Positions 28,367 to 41,600 of a DNA stretch of 64,000 bases are shown here, in pieces (within the stretch, counting starts at the first letter, position 1; the number at the start of each line of letters is the position of its first letter). Both the position numbers and the translations under genes were made by a program. The DNA comes from Octopus vulgaris. Taxonomy: Eukaryota. The notes under the pieces were generated by a model that did no database searches, was not told the DNA's origin, and saw nothing but the letters and a program-made list of their open reading frames with translations. The stretch spans positions 36,084,001-36,148,000 of the forward strand of contig OX597825.1 in the NCBI GenBank assembly GCA_951406725.2, given 5' to 3'.

Positions 28367-31300
28367 GCTTCTGCACAGTTTCTGTTCACTAAATTCCTTT
28401 TAAAGTATTGGTCTACTCAAAGCTATGGAAGAAGACACTTGCACAAGGTACTGCACAGTGGGACCCACATGGATTCTTAACTACAATTGTGTCTGTGCAT
28501 GAAATTTTAAAGTCATGCTTTGCCAAAGAGAATATACAAAAGAAATGGTTTCAGTTTGAAATAATACAAACTAATTACTTTTGATTTATTGATGAGGATA
28601 AATAGACTTAACATGCACAATCCCAATATTCTAATAATGTCAAAAGTCTTTTCTAATGTTTTAAAGGTCAAACAAAACTAGATAACAACATAGCACATCT
28701 CAATTCCTCTGCAACATTTGTCAGCTTTTGCATCAAATCTAACCATTCCTCCTCTTCTCAAATCATTATCTCCCTCACTTTCACCAAACTCCATTTTATG
28801 TATACCAACATCACTGTCTCTCCAGTACAAACTGACTATCAACAATTATTTTGTATAATTTGACTAACAGATTTTACTCAACTCAATCTTCTCTCGAATC
28901 TGCAGGCATTTCATACTCATATAGCCTGTATTTCACAGTTATAGAGCATCATGTTGCAAAACCTCTATATTTGCTGCCTACATATTTTCACTACTGTATG
29001 GCCATATGCTCTTTATGTAAAACCCTATCAAATAAGAAAAATAAACAAAAAACAATAATTCATTACTTACCTCCTTTATCAGAGCACCCATATATAAAGC
29101 TGTGAGAGGTGTCTGTTCAGCAGGTTTCACAACACAAACATTACCACAAGCCAAGGCAGGAGCTATTTTCCATATGAACATTGGAATTGGATAATTCCAC
29201 TGCAAAATTACATGAACATGTTTACCAGCAAATGCAGTTAAGTGTCATACATACATATATATTAACTAACAAACTTAATGCAAAGATATTTATTTAACAA
29301 GATTTAAAATGAAATAACAAAACTGATAAAAATTAAGTTTTTGGTGAATCGAGAATACAGAAACTTGATGAGATCGAATAGCAATGGAAATGGTTACAAG
29401 TTCAAACAACAACTGAAATAAGTGTGTACATACTGGAATGATCTGTCCACATATTCCAACAGGTTCATGTTTGGTGTAGCAGAAGAAGTCACCATCTGGA
29501 AATATTAATCAATGTTTTTCAGTTAGATTTAAGTTATGGGGCACATGCATTTTCAGAATCTATACTTTGGTCATAAACTGAATATATTTTCAGCCATAGC
29601 AAAATTCAAAAGAAGGCATGGGGAATTTGAGCAGATATGTGCACCAAGTGAAAGCTAGACAGCAACTGACTCTCCTGCTGATAGTCCCAGCTTGTTGTTA
29701 GCTTTTGTGCATTTGTATTAAGACACCATTCATCACCTGAAACATTTTATGTTCAAAAAATTGTTTGCAAACTGACTTGTCCATGGCAGGTGAAATGACC
29801 AAAGAGGTTCCTTGACTTCTATGAATTATTCTAATAACCAAAACTTACTTGAATGAACTGCTCATGTATGTAAGCAATAAATGTAGGATGGTCGCAGCTT
29901 GTAGCTTCATAGCTGGACTTGTAGGTGGCCATTAAGTAAGTGCTGCTCATATGATTTACGTGAATTAAGTAGCTTTAGAAATATGTGATTCCATGTTTAA
30001 TCACACTACAAAACACTTTGGGACATGTGTCTCCTACCATAGTGTTGGATTGACTAAAGTTCTAATGAAATTTGGCAAACAGTAACTGGCACTTGTGTGG
30101 GTACATACATACGTGTGTGTGTGTGTGTGCCTATGCATGTGAGCAAATGCATACACACATTGTGTATGCATAGATGTGAGTGAGTGAGAGTCAGTAAAAT
30201 TTGAACACAGCAAAAAATTGAATGCGAGAAAAGGAAAATGAGGGGAAGGAAAGAAAGCGAGCGAGGGGAAGGAAAGAAAGCGAGCGAGAGAAGGAAAGAA
30301 AGCGAGCGAGAGAAGGAAAGAAAGCGAGCGAGAGAAGGAAAGAAAGCGAGCGAGAGAAGGAAAGAAAGCGAGCGAGAGAAGGAAAGAAAGCGAGCGAGAG
30401 AAGGAAAGAAAGCGAGCGAGAGAAGGAAAGAAAGCAAGCGAGAGAAGGAAAGAAAGCGAGCGAGAGAAGGAAAGAAAGCGAGCGAGAGAAGGAAAGAAAG
30501 CAAAGGAGAGAAGAAAGCAAAGGAGAGAAAGAAAGAAAGCGAGTGAGAGAAGGAAAGAAAATACGAGAAAAGGAAAGAAAATTGAGAAAAGGAAAGAAAA
30601 CGAATGAGAGAAAACGAACAAGAGAAGGAAAGAAAATGAACAAGAGAAAGAAAGAAAACGAACGAGAGAAAACGAAGCAGAGAAAGAAAGAGCGGTAGAT
30701 CAAGGGTGTTGGACAGAAACGGAGAAACAAGAGTTCTGAACTTACCCACTGGAATTGTCTTTCCTTCAACCTTGTCTGCCCAACCAGCATAATATCGTAG
30801 ACAATTGACGCTAAATGCTATATCACCAAATGCTGCTTTGTAAGGTTTGCCACAATCCAATGTTTCCAGACTCTACAACAATGAACAGGAATTAGAAAAC
30901 AGATATGACACTCAGGACATTATTGGATGACACCCAATGCTTATATAATGAAATCATCACTTTCTACTTTTCTATGCTTGCCTGGGATAAGTAGCATTTG
31001 TTGAGACAGATTTTCTATGGCTGGATGTCCTTCCTGTCACCAATCCTCACCTGTTTCCAAGTAAGCTAATATTTCCCTCATAACCAAATGTTTTTATGGA
31101 AAATCAGAAATGACAGACACTGCTTGCATGACAGTGATATCCATTTACATCTATCATATGATATCGAGGCAAAATAACAATAATACACATATGCCTTGTC
31201 ATAGTGAACATCCCTGAGAAGTATGTTAATGGCATGCATGTCTGTGGAGTGCTCAGCCACTTGTACTTTAATTTCACAAGCACACAGTTCCGTTGATTGG

Positions 31301-32595
31301 ACTAGTTGGAACCTTTATCATCGTACCAATGGAATACCATCATCATCGTTTAACGTCCGTTTTCCGTGCTAGCATGGGTTGGATGGTTCGACCGGAGTCT
31401 GGGAAGCCAGGAGGCTGCACCAGGCTCCAATTTGATCTGGCAGTGTTTCCACAGCTGGATGCCCTTCCTAACGCCAACCATTCCGTGAGTGCAGTAGGTG
31501 CTTTTTAGGTGCTATCTGCACAGAAGCCAGTCAAGGCAGCGCTGGCATCGGCCACGTTCGGATGGTGCTTTTTACATGCCACCGGCACAGGTATCACAAC
31601 TACAATTTCCATTTGATATTTATTTTGATGTACTTGACCCCATAGGTCTCCTCAAGCACAGCAGGTCACCCTACATTCAAATATAAATTAGAAGCAGCTT
31701 GAAGGATATAAACCATATGAAAAAATATATATACACAAGGTATGTGCTCTGCTAGTTAGTGGGTGTGCTGTGTTTATAGGTGTAAGAGAATATATTCTCA
31801 TCCATTCACCTGGCGTTAAAACATCTGAAAGTCGTAGACAAATGAGAACTTGCATCTGGTTCCATTCAAGAGCAGTAGACATCAATGTTTCATCATTTTT
31901 GTGACTTGTCAACACCACGTACTCAAAATGAGGTCTGATGCAAGCTAAATCACTGTCTAGGACTATAAGCAAAATGGTGTTATGCCTATAAGTGCAATCT
32001 ACCTACAAATTGTAAAAAAAAAACATACTTTCTGAGTGTGTTTGATATTGTTTTTTATATATACACACACACACACCATTCATTTAGTGTTTTCCGATAT
32101 AGCATGGATTGGACAGATATATATATATATATATATATCTCTTATTATAAAAGGCAGATTTTATCTGCCTCCCTTTGGGAGTTATACAAATCTACAATAT
32201 AGGATTTCTTCAATTACAATTTACCTAGCAGTTTTGAGAGTACAATGCATCGCGTCATGCCAGGTCCAGTTTTTAAAATTTAAACTCCAATTAAGCAAAA
32301 TTTACAGAAAACTCACATTCTGGTGTGTGTGTCAAATGCTTTTCTTAGTCTGGTTTACACCACACGCAAACGCACACACACAGTGGGCAACGAATAAAGT
32401 GAAACTAGATGTAATATTTGTTTCTCTCTATCACGCTGATAGATACATGAGTAAAATGTATGGGAAGCTAACACATAAGTGTGAGTGAAAATGTTCTTGG
32501 AAGAGAGTAAATAGCCAGAGATAGTGATTTGAGGAGGACTTTACATTAAATAACCGTAGTGGCTTGTGTTAGTAATAAAGTAAACATACACTCAT

Positions 32596-32632
<37 letters not shown>

Positions 32633-35600
32633 TACACACACACACACATACACACACATACATACACACACACACACACATACACACACACACATACACA
32701 CACACACATACATACACACACACACATACATATACATACATACATACATACACACACAGTATTGAAGCTTGAGAACAATCAGATACATTTGCAACACATC
32801 TGTTGAAAATATTATTGTTCACACACATACATATACATATATACATACAGACAGACAGACAGATAGACACACACACACATGATCCAGCATGGCCACAACC
32901 TCAAGGCTGAAACATATAAAAGAATAACAGAATATAAATGTGTGCATGTGTGTGAGAGAGAGAGAGTGTGTGTGTGTATATGTATGTAAGTATGTATGTA
33001 TATATATATATATATATAATAATGCGGTTTTTTCAACAGCTTGAACTAAAAGTCAGAGGGGAATGGGATAAACTACTTATATTAACTTGCTATAAAAGCA
33101 GGTAGTAATTTTATCTTGTCCTTATTCATAGTGCAAGTTTTGAAGAGTGCATTTCGATTTTAACAGCTATTTTTTTCAAAGCTATATTGGAACAGCCTAG
33201 AAGACGAGCCTCATCCTGAAAGATCTGTAGAACTCGACAAGGACATCCTGAAAACCCTGGTGGAACAAAATCTCATCGTAACTGTTGAGGAACTAGCAGA
33301 GAAGCTTGGATTTGGTCATTCAACCATTCATTGAGACCTGTGTGCTATCGGAAAAGTCAGCAAATTGGGTCAATGGGTTCCTCACGAACTTTCCGAGTCT
33401 AATTGCATGCAGAGAGTGAATGTATGCTTTTCTTTGCTGTCACATCTCACCACTACTGCGCTATGTATATCTATATATATAAAACTGTAGTTGTGTGAGT
33501 GTCTGTCCCCTTCGATTTAGATTCCTAACTACTCCCACATTTTGCGGTGCAGTTTAACCAAATTCGGGTAGCTTATAGTTGTGATTCATATCGAGCCCGT
33601 CTGAGTATTAGCGCGCGTCTACGATGAGTCTACGATTTTAAAAATAATTTAACATCATTTTTTATTCCATTTTAATGCATAATTTTTCGTGTGTCGATGG
33701 CGGCGGAGTTGGCGTCCACGCTCACACCTGCACCTGTGGGGAAGGGAGTGTAAGGAAATCAACGTTGTAATGCGTTGTCAAGGAGACCAGCGTTCTTTTA
33801 GAACAACGACTTCATGGCTTGAAGACACCAAAACAGAAATGGCTAAGAAAGCGTCTACATGAGTCTACGATTTAAAAAAAAATTTACCATCGTTTTTTTT
33901 CCATTTTAATGCATTTTTTCGCTATTATATAAGGGAAGTAACTCTCTAAAAATGTCTACGATGAGTCAACGATTTTTCAAAAAATTTACCATCATATTTT
34001 TTCCATTTTTAATGCATTTTTTGTTATTTTTTGGCTATAACTCTCTAAAAATGCTTATATAGTTATTTCCCTTACAAACCCGAGCAACGCCGGGCGATAC
34101 TGCTAGTATATATATATATATATATATATAGCAAAATGTGTGTGTGTCCTTTATACAAATCCACCATTTTTCAGTTAGAGGGCTAGCACTTTCTATGGTC
34201 ATTCAAAACCGTTCAAAGGTGGTCGTGCACATCTTTACATTTCCCCAGTCACCCAAAGCCATTAAAAAATCAATAGAAGTGACTTTTTTGTGAATTTTCT
34301 ATCCAAAACCCAATCAAAATGCCCGAAACTTAACACGCCAATTAAATGCCAATGTATGTGATTGGTCGGAGATTTGGACAATACTTGTGTGTATGTATGC
34401 AGGCATGCAGCTGTATATGCATGCGCTAGCACTATGACCCGATGCCGGGTCATAGTGCTAGTATATATAACACACACAAATGTAATTTGAGGTCATGAGA
34501 AAAAAAAGCAACAATAAAAATCTAAGGCATCTGAGCAGTCACAATTAAAAATAGCAGCAGAGCAAATCAGAAAAGGAAAAGAATTACATGAATACTACTA
34601 TTACTTACTGCAGCATAGACAAGGTCTCTCTCAATCAAGTCAGCTAACTTGTTGAGCAGCAAACCTCTTTTGCTTGCATCTGTACGGCGCCATTCTGAGC
34701 CCCACTTGAAAGCAGCTTTAGCAGCTGCTACAGCTTTGTCTACATCAGCCTGCAAACATATTGATAAAAACAGAAATAAAGGTAAATGAAACAAATTTTT
34801 AAATATAAAAAAAAATCAATTGTAGTGAATTACAATCAACCTCAACCCACTTTCACCCATGCATACAAACTCAATTATATCTCCCTCACGCACAAAATCA
34901 ATTCAAATTAAATCAATAAATATTTTCTTTCAACTTGCTCTTTTCAGAAACTCAATTTTTTAAAAAGAATTAACTTTCAATTATAAATAGATGAAAAATT
35001 CTTGTATTAAATATGACATATTTCAACATTTTTATAGCCATCAGTCTATTGTAAATTAACTGCTAAGAGTCTTTGTAAAATATATCGGAAGATTACATTA
35101 AGAGTTAGAGGAATTCTTCACCACTTGATTGAAAATTCAATGAATAAGTAGTTCAAGTGTTTGAACAAACTAGAATATCAATTACTGAAACTTCATTTTA
35201 CATGTATACATGCTAACATCTCTCTCTTGCTCTCTACCTCTAATTGGGTAAACACTACAGCAAGACACCTGTTTCTATCCTTCAGTCACACGGCACAAGG
35301 TCACCTCCTCCAATGACACTTCCCCACCTCAAAGGATCTTTGTCTTGCAAGTTACTTGGTGTGCCCACTAGTGCTGGTGCCACGTAAAAAGCAACCAGTC
35401 CACACAGTAAAATGGAAGGTATTTGGAAGGGCATCCAGCTGTAAAAATCATGCCAAAACAGATAGTGAATCTTGGTGCGGTCATCTGCCCAGCTATCTGT
35501 CAAACCATCCATCCTACGTCAGCAGGGAAAATGGACATTAAATGAGGATGATGATACGCTTATTGTTTTAATGTCCACTTTTCCATGCTTGAATGGTTCA

Positions 35601-38600
35601 GATGGAGTTTGCTGAGGCAGGTTTTTCTATGTTAGGATGTCCTTCCTGTCACCAACTATAATCTGTTTCCAAGCAAAATAATATTGCCCCATGGCCAGGC
35701 ATGTTTTTGCTGAATATTAGAAATGAATGACACAAACATATGTATATGATGGACTTCTTTCAGTTTCTTATTACCAAATCCACTTTCAAAACTTTGGTTG
35801 GCCTGAGGAAATACTTGCCTAAGGTGCCATACAGTGGGAGTGAAACCAAAACCATGTGGTTAGGAAACAAACTTAACTACACAGCCACACCTGCACCAAC
35901 ACACACACACACACACACACACGGTCCAAGAATTAAGGGACAATTTATTTGAAATAATACAAAGCAATATCTAAATCAAAATATCAAGTTATGAAACAAA
36001 ATATGAAGTACATGAATATAGGATTAAAAAATTAACAGAAGAATGGATTAAGATTTAAAATGTGAATGGAGAAAATATTCTTATTGTTTCATGTCTGCTC
36101 TTAGATTAGACTGTTTGAGGCAACATTTGTTGGCTTGTCTGCCAAGCTGCCCAGACAGTATGGTGGCATAATTTGAAAGTTAAAAGAATGCAAGGAACTG
36201 CTTTGTGACCAGCAATATATAACATGTTAGTCTTGTCCTGGTTGATATAACCAAATGCCCTTCTGATACCAACTTCTTTGTTGCCTCTTCTAATACACAA
36301 AAATATGGTGAGCATACTCTAAAAACCAGGGCACATATGCAAATGTGTACACGTGTAAAAGAAGTATTAACTTTTAAAAAGACGGAAAAAGAAATCTAAA
36401 AGATAAGAGGAACAAAAAGAATAGAAAGAAGGAAAAAAAAATGTAAAGGATGGGATGTTAAAATTTATATCAGACGGGTAGAAACTGGGTTATGAGAACG
36501 ATTAAGTGATGTGAAAGTATATGAATTGGTTGCAAAAAAGAAAGAGAAAGATGTTAGGAGCAAAATTATATAGAAACAGCAAGACAGTGAAAAGGGAAGT
36601 GGGGAAACAGACAGAGAAATTAATGGAGAGGCATTTAAAGAGGAAAGAATGTAAGCTGTAAGACCTTGAATAATAAAATGCAACTTGACAGTTACTGATG
36701 GTAGGCTGATGACTGAGAATAACGTAATATTCATAATTTCAGATTGAAGGAGGATAATACAAAGGAAGTGATTATAAAGCATGTGTGGGGAAAAAAATTT
36801 AAAAAACCCGACAAATCTTAGATCATTAGTATATTAACTTTGTATGTATATATGAATGTATGTGTGTATAAAAATCAATTTTTTTTTCTCTGTAGCATTT
36901 GAAATATGCCAGAGAAAGGGGACATGGAAAATAAGACCTGTCTGAATGGAAGATTTAACCATTCATGTAAGAAAAAAAAAAAAAAAGTAAACATTAAGAT
37001 GCAACTGCCAGTAAGAATAATCAAGAACTTATTTACACAGAGGGAAATTTTTATTTTCTTGGGATACTTCTGGTGAAAAAGAAACCAATTCCAACTTTGA
37101 ATTCAATATGTTCAGCTGTTACATCCTCATCATTATTTAACATCTATTTTCCATGTTGGCATAAGTTAAATGGTTCAACAGGAACCAACAAGCAAGAGGA
37201 CTGCTTCAAACTCCAATGTCTGCTTTGGCATGGTTTCTGCAGCTGAATGCCCTTCCTAATGCCAACCATTTTACCGAGTGTACTGGGTGATTTTTACACG
37301 GCCCCAGCACAAATGAACACTTCCAAGAACCCTCAATTGAGTGTAGTATAGTATCAAAGGAGGTGAAAGTATGATAGAGGGGTAAGAACAGGCATCAAAC
37401 AAAAGAGGAGATGCATAGTTTCCCAACTGGAAAGGGAGAAACTGAGAGATGGTGAGGAGGTACTCTTAATGTATAAAGGTCAATAAATATATTAAGCACA
37501 CAATATTTTTAAGATAGTGAAGTTTTTCAAATATGTTCAAGTATGAAGCATACTGTTTCTTTGACCAATCAGCTGATTTAAAAAATAATACTTTGACACT
37601 TTAGGTTTCACATATATGAAGTGAATTATCTTATTTCTTCTGAATAACTATATTGATAATCTTGTTTTAAGATTTTTCGCTTAACCTATATGATGTCTTG
37701 CATCTGTCATCTATGAGATTTCAAAGACTATACCATATTGTTTATAAAAAGACATTTACCATTCATTGGGAAAGTATTTTTAGTGGCTTTAGTATTGGAG
37801 TGGTTGAATTTGTGTGAGTCTCAGTTTTCCTATTTATTAATCTATTAAAGCAGTAAATAAACAGTAACATTGTTTCTGCTCTATCTCATGGAAATTATAA
37901 TGTAGCAGGATTTTTTTAAATCCGGTAATGCTCTGACATTTAAACTAAATAATGGGTTGAATCACATTTTTTTTTTGTTTTTCTATTGTTTGTATTTAAA
38001 ATGTTATATTTTTTTTACATAATGTATTTTTCTTCTTTAAAACCATTACTTTTTGAATGCAACATTTTGGAAATGAACAACATCACTTGTATGACAGTGA
38101 CAATCATTTACAACTATCAAGTGACTTCAAGACAAGGAGACAAACACACATGCACCCACACACAATGGACCTCTTTCAGTTCCCACCAACCAAATCCACT
38201 CACAAAGCTTTGGTGTTCACACAACACAAGGGTCTTTTAGTTTCTGTCAACTAAATTCACACAATTTTGGTTGGTATGAGAATTATAATAGAAGACACTT
38301 GCCCAAAGTGCCAGTTAGTAGGACTGAACTTGAAACTACATGGTTATAAACTTCATAATCTCATAGCTACATGTGGAATATCCAACCACTTTCACAATAA
38401 TTTAGTGATTATGTGTAGTTAGTTCCCATAATTGAACAACTAAAAGCCAAATGCAAGTGTCAATGTTAAAGCACTACTAAATGAAAGACAATAATATAGT
38501 CAGATTTCTCTGTATTAAATCTACAGATAAGAAAACAAGATAAAATAATGCTTACTTTGTCACTTTCCTGGACCTGACAAATAGGTTCTCCATGACAGGG

Positions 38601-41600
38601 ATTCAGAGTTGGAAAGGTTTTGCCACTGACTGAATTCACAAATTCATTGTTGATGAAGATCTGTAGAATAAACAAACAAACAAATATTGGTTAATTAAAT
38701 GAAGTAGGTGTTAACATAGTGCAGCAAACCAGTAATCTTTAAAATTCTCTTAGCAAGGAAAGAAAATATCTTAATGATTAATTTTAGTCAAGAAAAAATT
38801 AAATTAAGGAAATAATGCAGTAAAAAAAAAAAAAGATTTATCTTTGGTAGTATGACAACTCTTGACATGTTTCAGTCTTACTGAACCTCATCAGTGAAGT
38901 ACAATGTCATTGCAATTCATAAATTTTAGTGCAAGGACACAGTGATGCGATAACTTTAAAATAACTAGATAAAAAAAGACAGGGATTCCTAATGTATGAA
39001 AACAATAAGGGTGCTTAAATGAATGTAACAAGCCATGGAATTTTAATTAAAATTATACTCTTATTGATAAGAAAAAAAAACAAACATCTTAATAAATTTG
39101 GTCAAGAAATGTCAGGAAAATAATCCCAGCTACTTGTAAATCAGTGAATGAATCTTTTGTAGGTGTTTTACAAGTAAAACAATTAATAGAATGATCTCAA
39201 CATGAAATAGTGTTATCTGTCTGCATTTTACAGTGATGCCTACAGATGTTGCATGTACATTTCATGAACTTTGTACAAGACTATAGACATAGGTGTAGGA
39301 GTGGCTGTGTGGTAAGTAGCTTGCTTACGAGCCACATGGTTCCGGGTTCAGTCCCACTGCATGGAACTTTGGGCAAGTGTCTTCTACTATAGCCTTGGGC
39401 CAACCAAAGCCTTGTGAGTGGATTTGGTAGACAGAAACTGAAAGAAGCCTGTTGTATGTATGTATATATATATATATATATATAAACAGTAAAAAATAAA
39501 TACAAACTGGGACAAGAACGTGAAACACCAAGGAGACGACACAAGAACCACAGGACGGGACATTCGAAGCCCTCAGTCATCAGTCAATATATATATATTA
39601 ATCCCCACAACATCGCTTGACAACTGATGCTGGTGTGTTTACATCCCCGTAACTTAGGAGTTTGGAAAAAAGGCCGATAGAATAAGTACTAGGCTTAAAA
39701 AAGAGTAAGTCCTGGAGTCGAGTTGCTTGACTAAAAGGCGGTGCTCCAGCATGGCCACAGTCAAATGACTGAAACAAGTAAAATAGTAAAAGATAAAATC
39801 ATTTTAATATCCACCATTCCATGCTAGCATGGGTCAACTGGAATTTGTTGAGGCGTATTTCCTTAGGTTAGATGCCCTTCCTGTCACCAACCCTCACTCA
39901 TTTCTAAGTAAGGTAATATTTCACAGAGTATTGGAAACAAAGGACAGTACTTGAATTATAGCGACACTCAACTATCATGTGATGTCAAGGCAAGGAAACA
40001 GTATGACGGTGGCTTATCAATTAAAAGAAAACAAAATCAATAACCACGAAATGATCATGCTTTCTGATTTTTTAATGCTAGAAACCTTCCTGACGACCGT
40101 CCTTGTAATCTGAAAACATATCGTAAGCTGTCTGGCTGTGAAGAGGGAACAGAGGAAGATATGGACAGATGGACATAACGCCTATTATAGTAAGATGTGT
40201 AAAGCTTAGGACTGCCCTAGTATACTGAGACACTTTTTGATAGTTTACCAAAGAAAAAAAGAGAGACTTTGAACTTGGCAATACCAAAGATCGATTAGTA
40301 AAGGCTATTTATTTTTAAAGGTTGCACATCGATCAAGCACACAAGTTAGTTTATGGTTAAAAAGGTATGAACTTATTCTCTTTTTTAAGTAAAATAAGTG
40401 GAAGGAGTTCATTGCTAGCCAGTGATTAACACACTCAAGATGGGTAACCACCCAGAAACCTGGGTCTGTATGTATCACATAAGGCTAGAGATGGGAGCGT
40501 TGATCTCCCTTGCAAATACTAATCAGACACAGACTGTGTCGTAGGCCAGCTGGAGGAGATGTCTTCCTGGGGATAAAAAACAACAGTAACATTGTCCTCT
40601 ATAGGACCGCCACATTTAGTTGGCAAATATATTTTACGAAATATACTAATACCAATATTGTTGTAATCTATATCAGTGCTCTGCAACCAGTATGCCACAA
40701 GATGCTAAGTGTGCCGCAGTGTAACCCGAATGAATTCTTTTTCCTATGCTTTTACTTATATTTTTAGTTCAGGTGTGCTGCTAAATTTTGGAAAGTATAT
40801 AAGTGTACTGCAAGTGAAAAAAGTTTGCAGAGCACAGATCTATACCTATCTTTGTCAAATTCCAAAAGCATAAGAACGTAATGAAAAGGCAGGTGTGTGT
40901 GGTATAAATTCATGTTAACCATTCAAGTTATATGCACATATGTATCTAACATCAAGGATGGCTATATATTATTCATTATGAACATATAATCCTTAAATCC
41001 TTAAAAATGTTTCAGCCCGAAAGCTGCGGCCATGCTGGGGCACCACAGTTGAATGAGCTACACTAGTATGTGAAACCACCTCTGATACGTAGTACTTGGT
41101 CAACAACAAGGGAGTTCGACGCTGCTGCCCGCATCTGTGTTTCCTGCCGAGAGGTAGGTTCATCTGGAACCCCTGACAAGAAGAGTTCCAGTTTAGTTTT
41201 ATACTTTAGTTTAAAGTATAAATAGAAGAAACAGAAATAATTTTTAAAATTTGAGTTTACGTAAATTGCAAGCATTTTTGAAAGCTATTAATGACTTACA
41301 CAACCATGTACAATATAGAGCGAAAGTATTTTGAATGTCCTACAATGTGTCCCATTTGTCTTATTATACTGTCAAAGATCATGAAAATTTATCGAATTGT
41401 TTACAAAGTTATATATTTCGTTTCTTTATAAAAAGAAAAAAAAAATCATCAACCGTCGTTGTGTAGTAAGAAACTTGCTTCCGAACCACATGGTTCCAAG
41501 TTCAGTCTCAGTGCGCGGAACCTTGTTTACCGTTTTCTACTATATCCGCGAGCTGACCAAAGCCTTGTAAGTGGGTTTGCAAGACAGAAACTGAAAGAAG

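Noticed and set aside
30054-30860. 268-aa ORF with a hydrophobic repeat tail, and the overlapping ORFs
   Set aside because: It is ALDH exon 4 reading through a strong GTAAG donor into a stop-free pyrimidine minisatellite; not a separate gene
32546-32876. ORFs rich in CV/HT/YI repeats (also near 8146, 28286, 53125, 53469, 55190, 61292)
   Set aside because: They are translations of microsatellites
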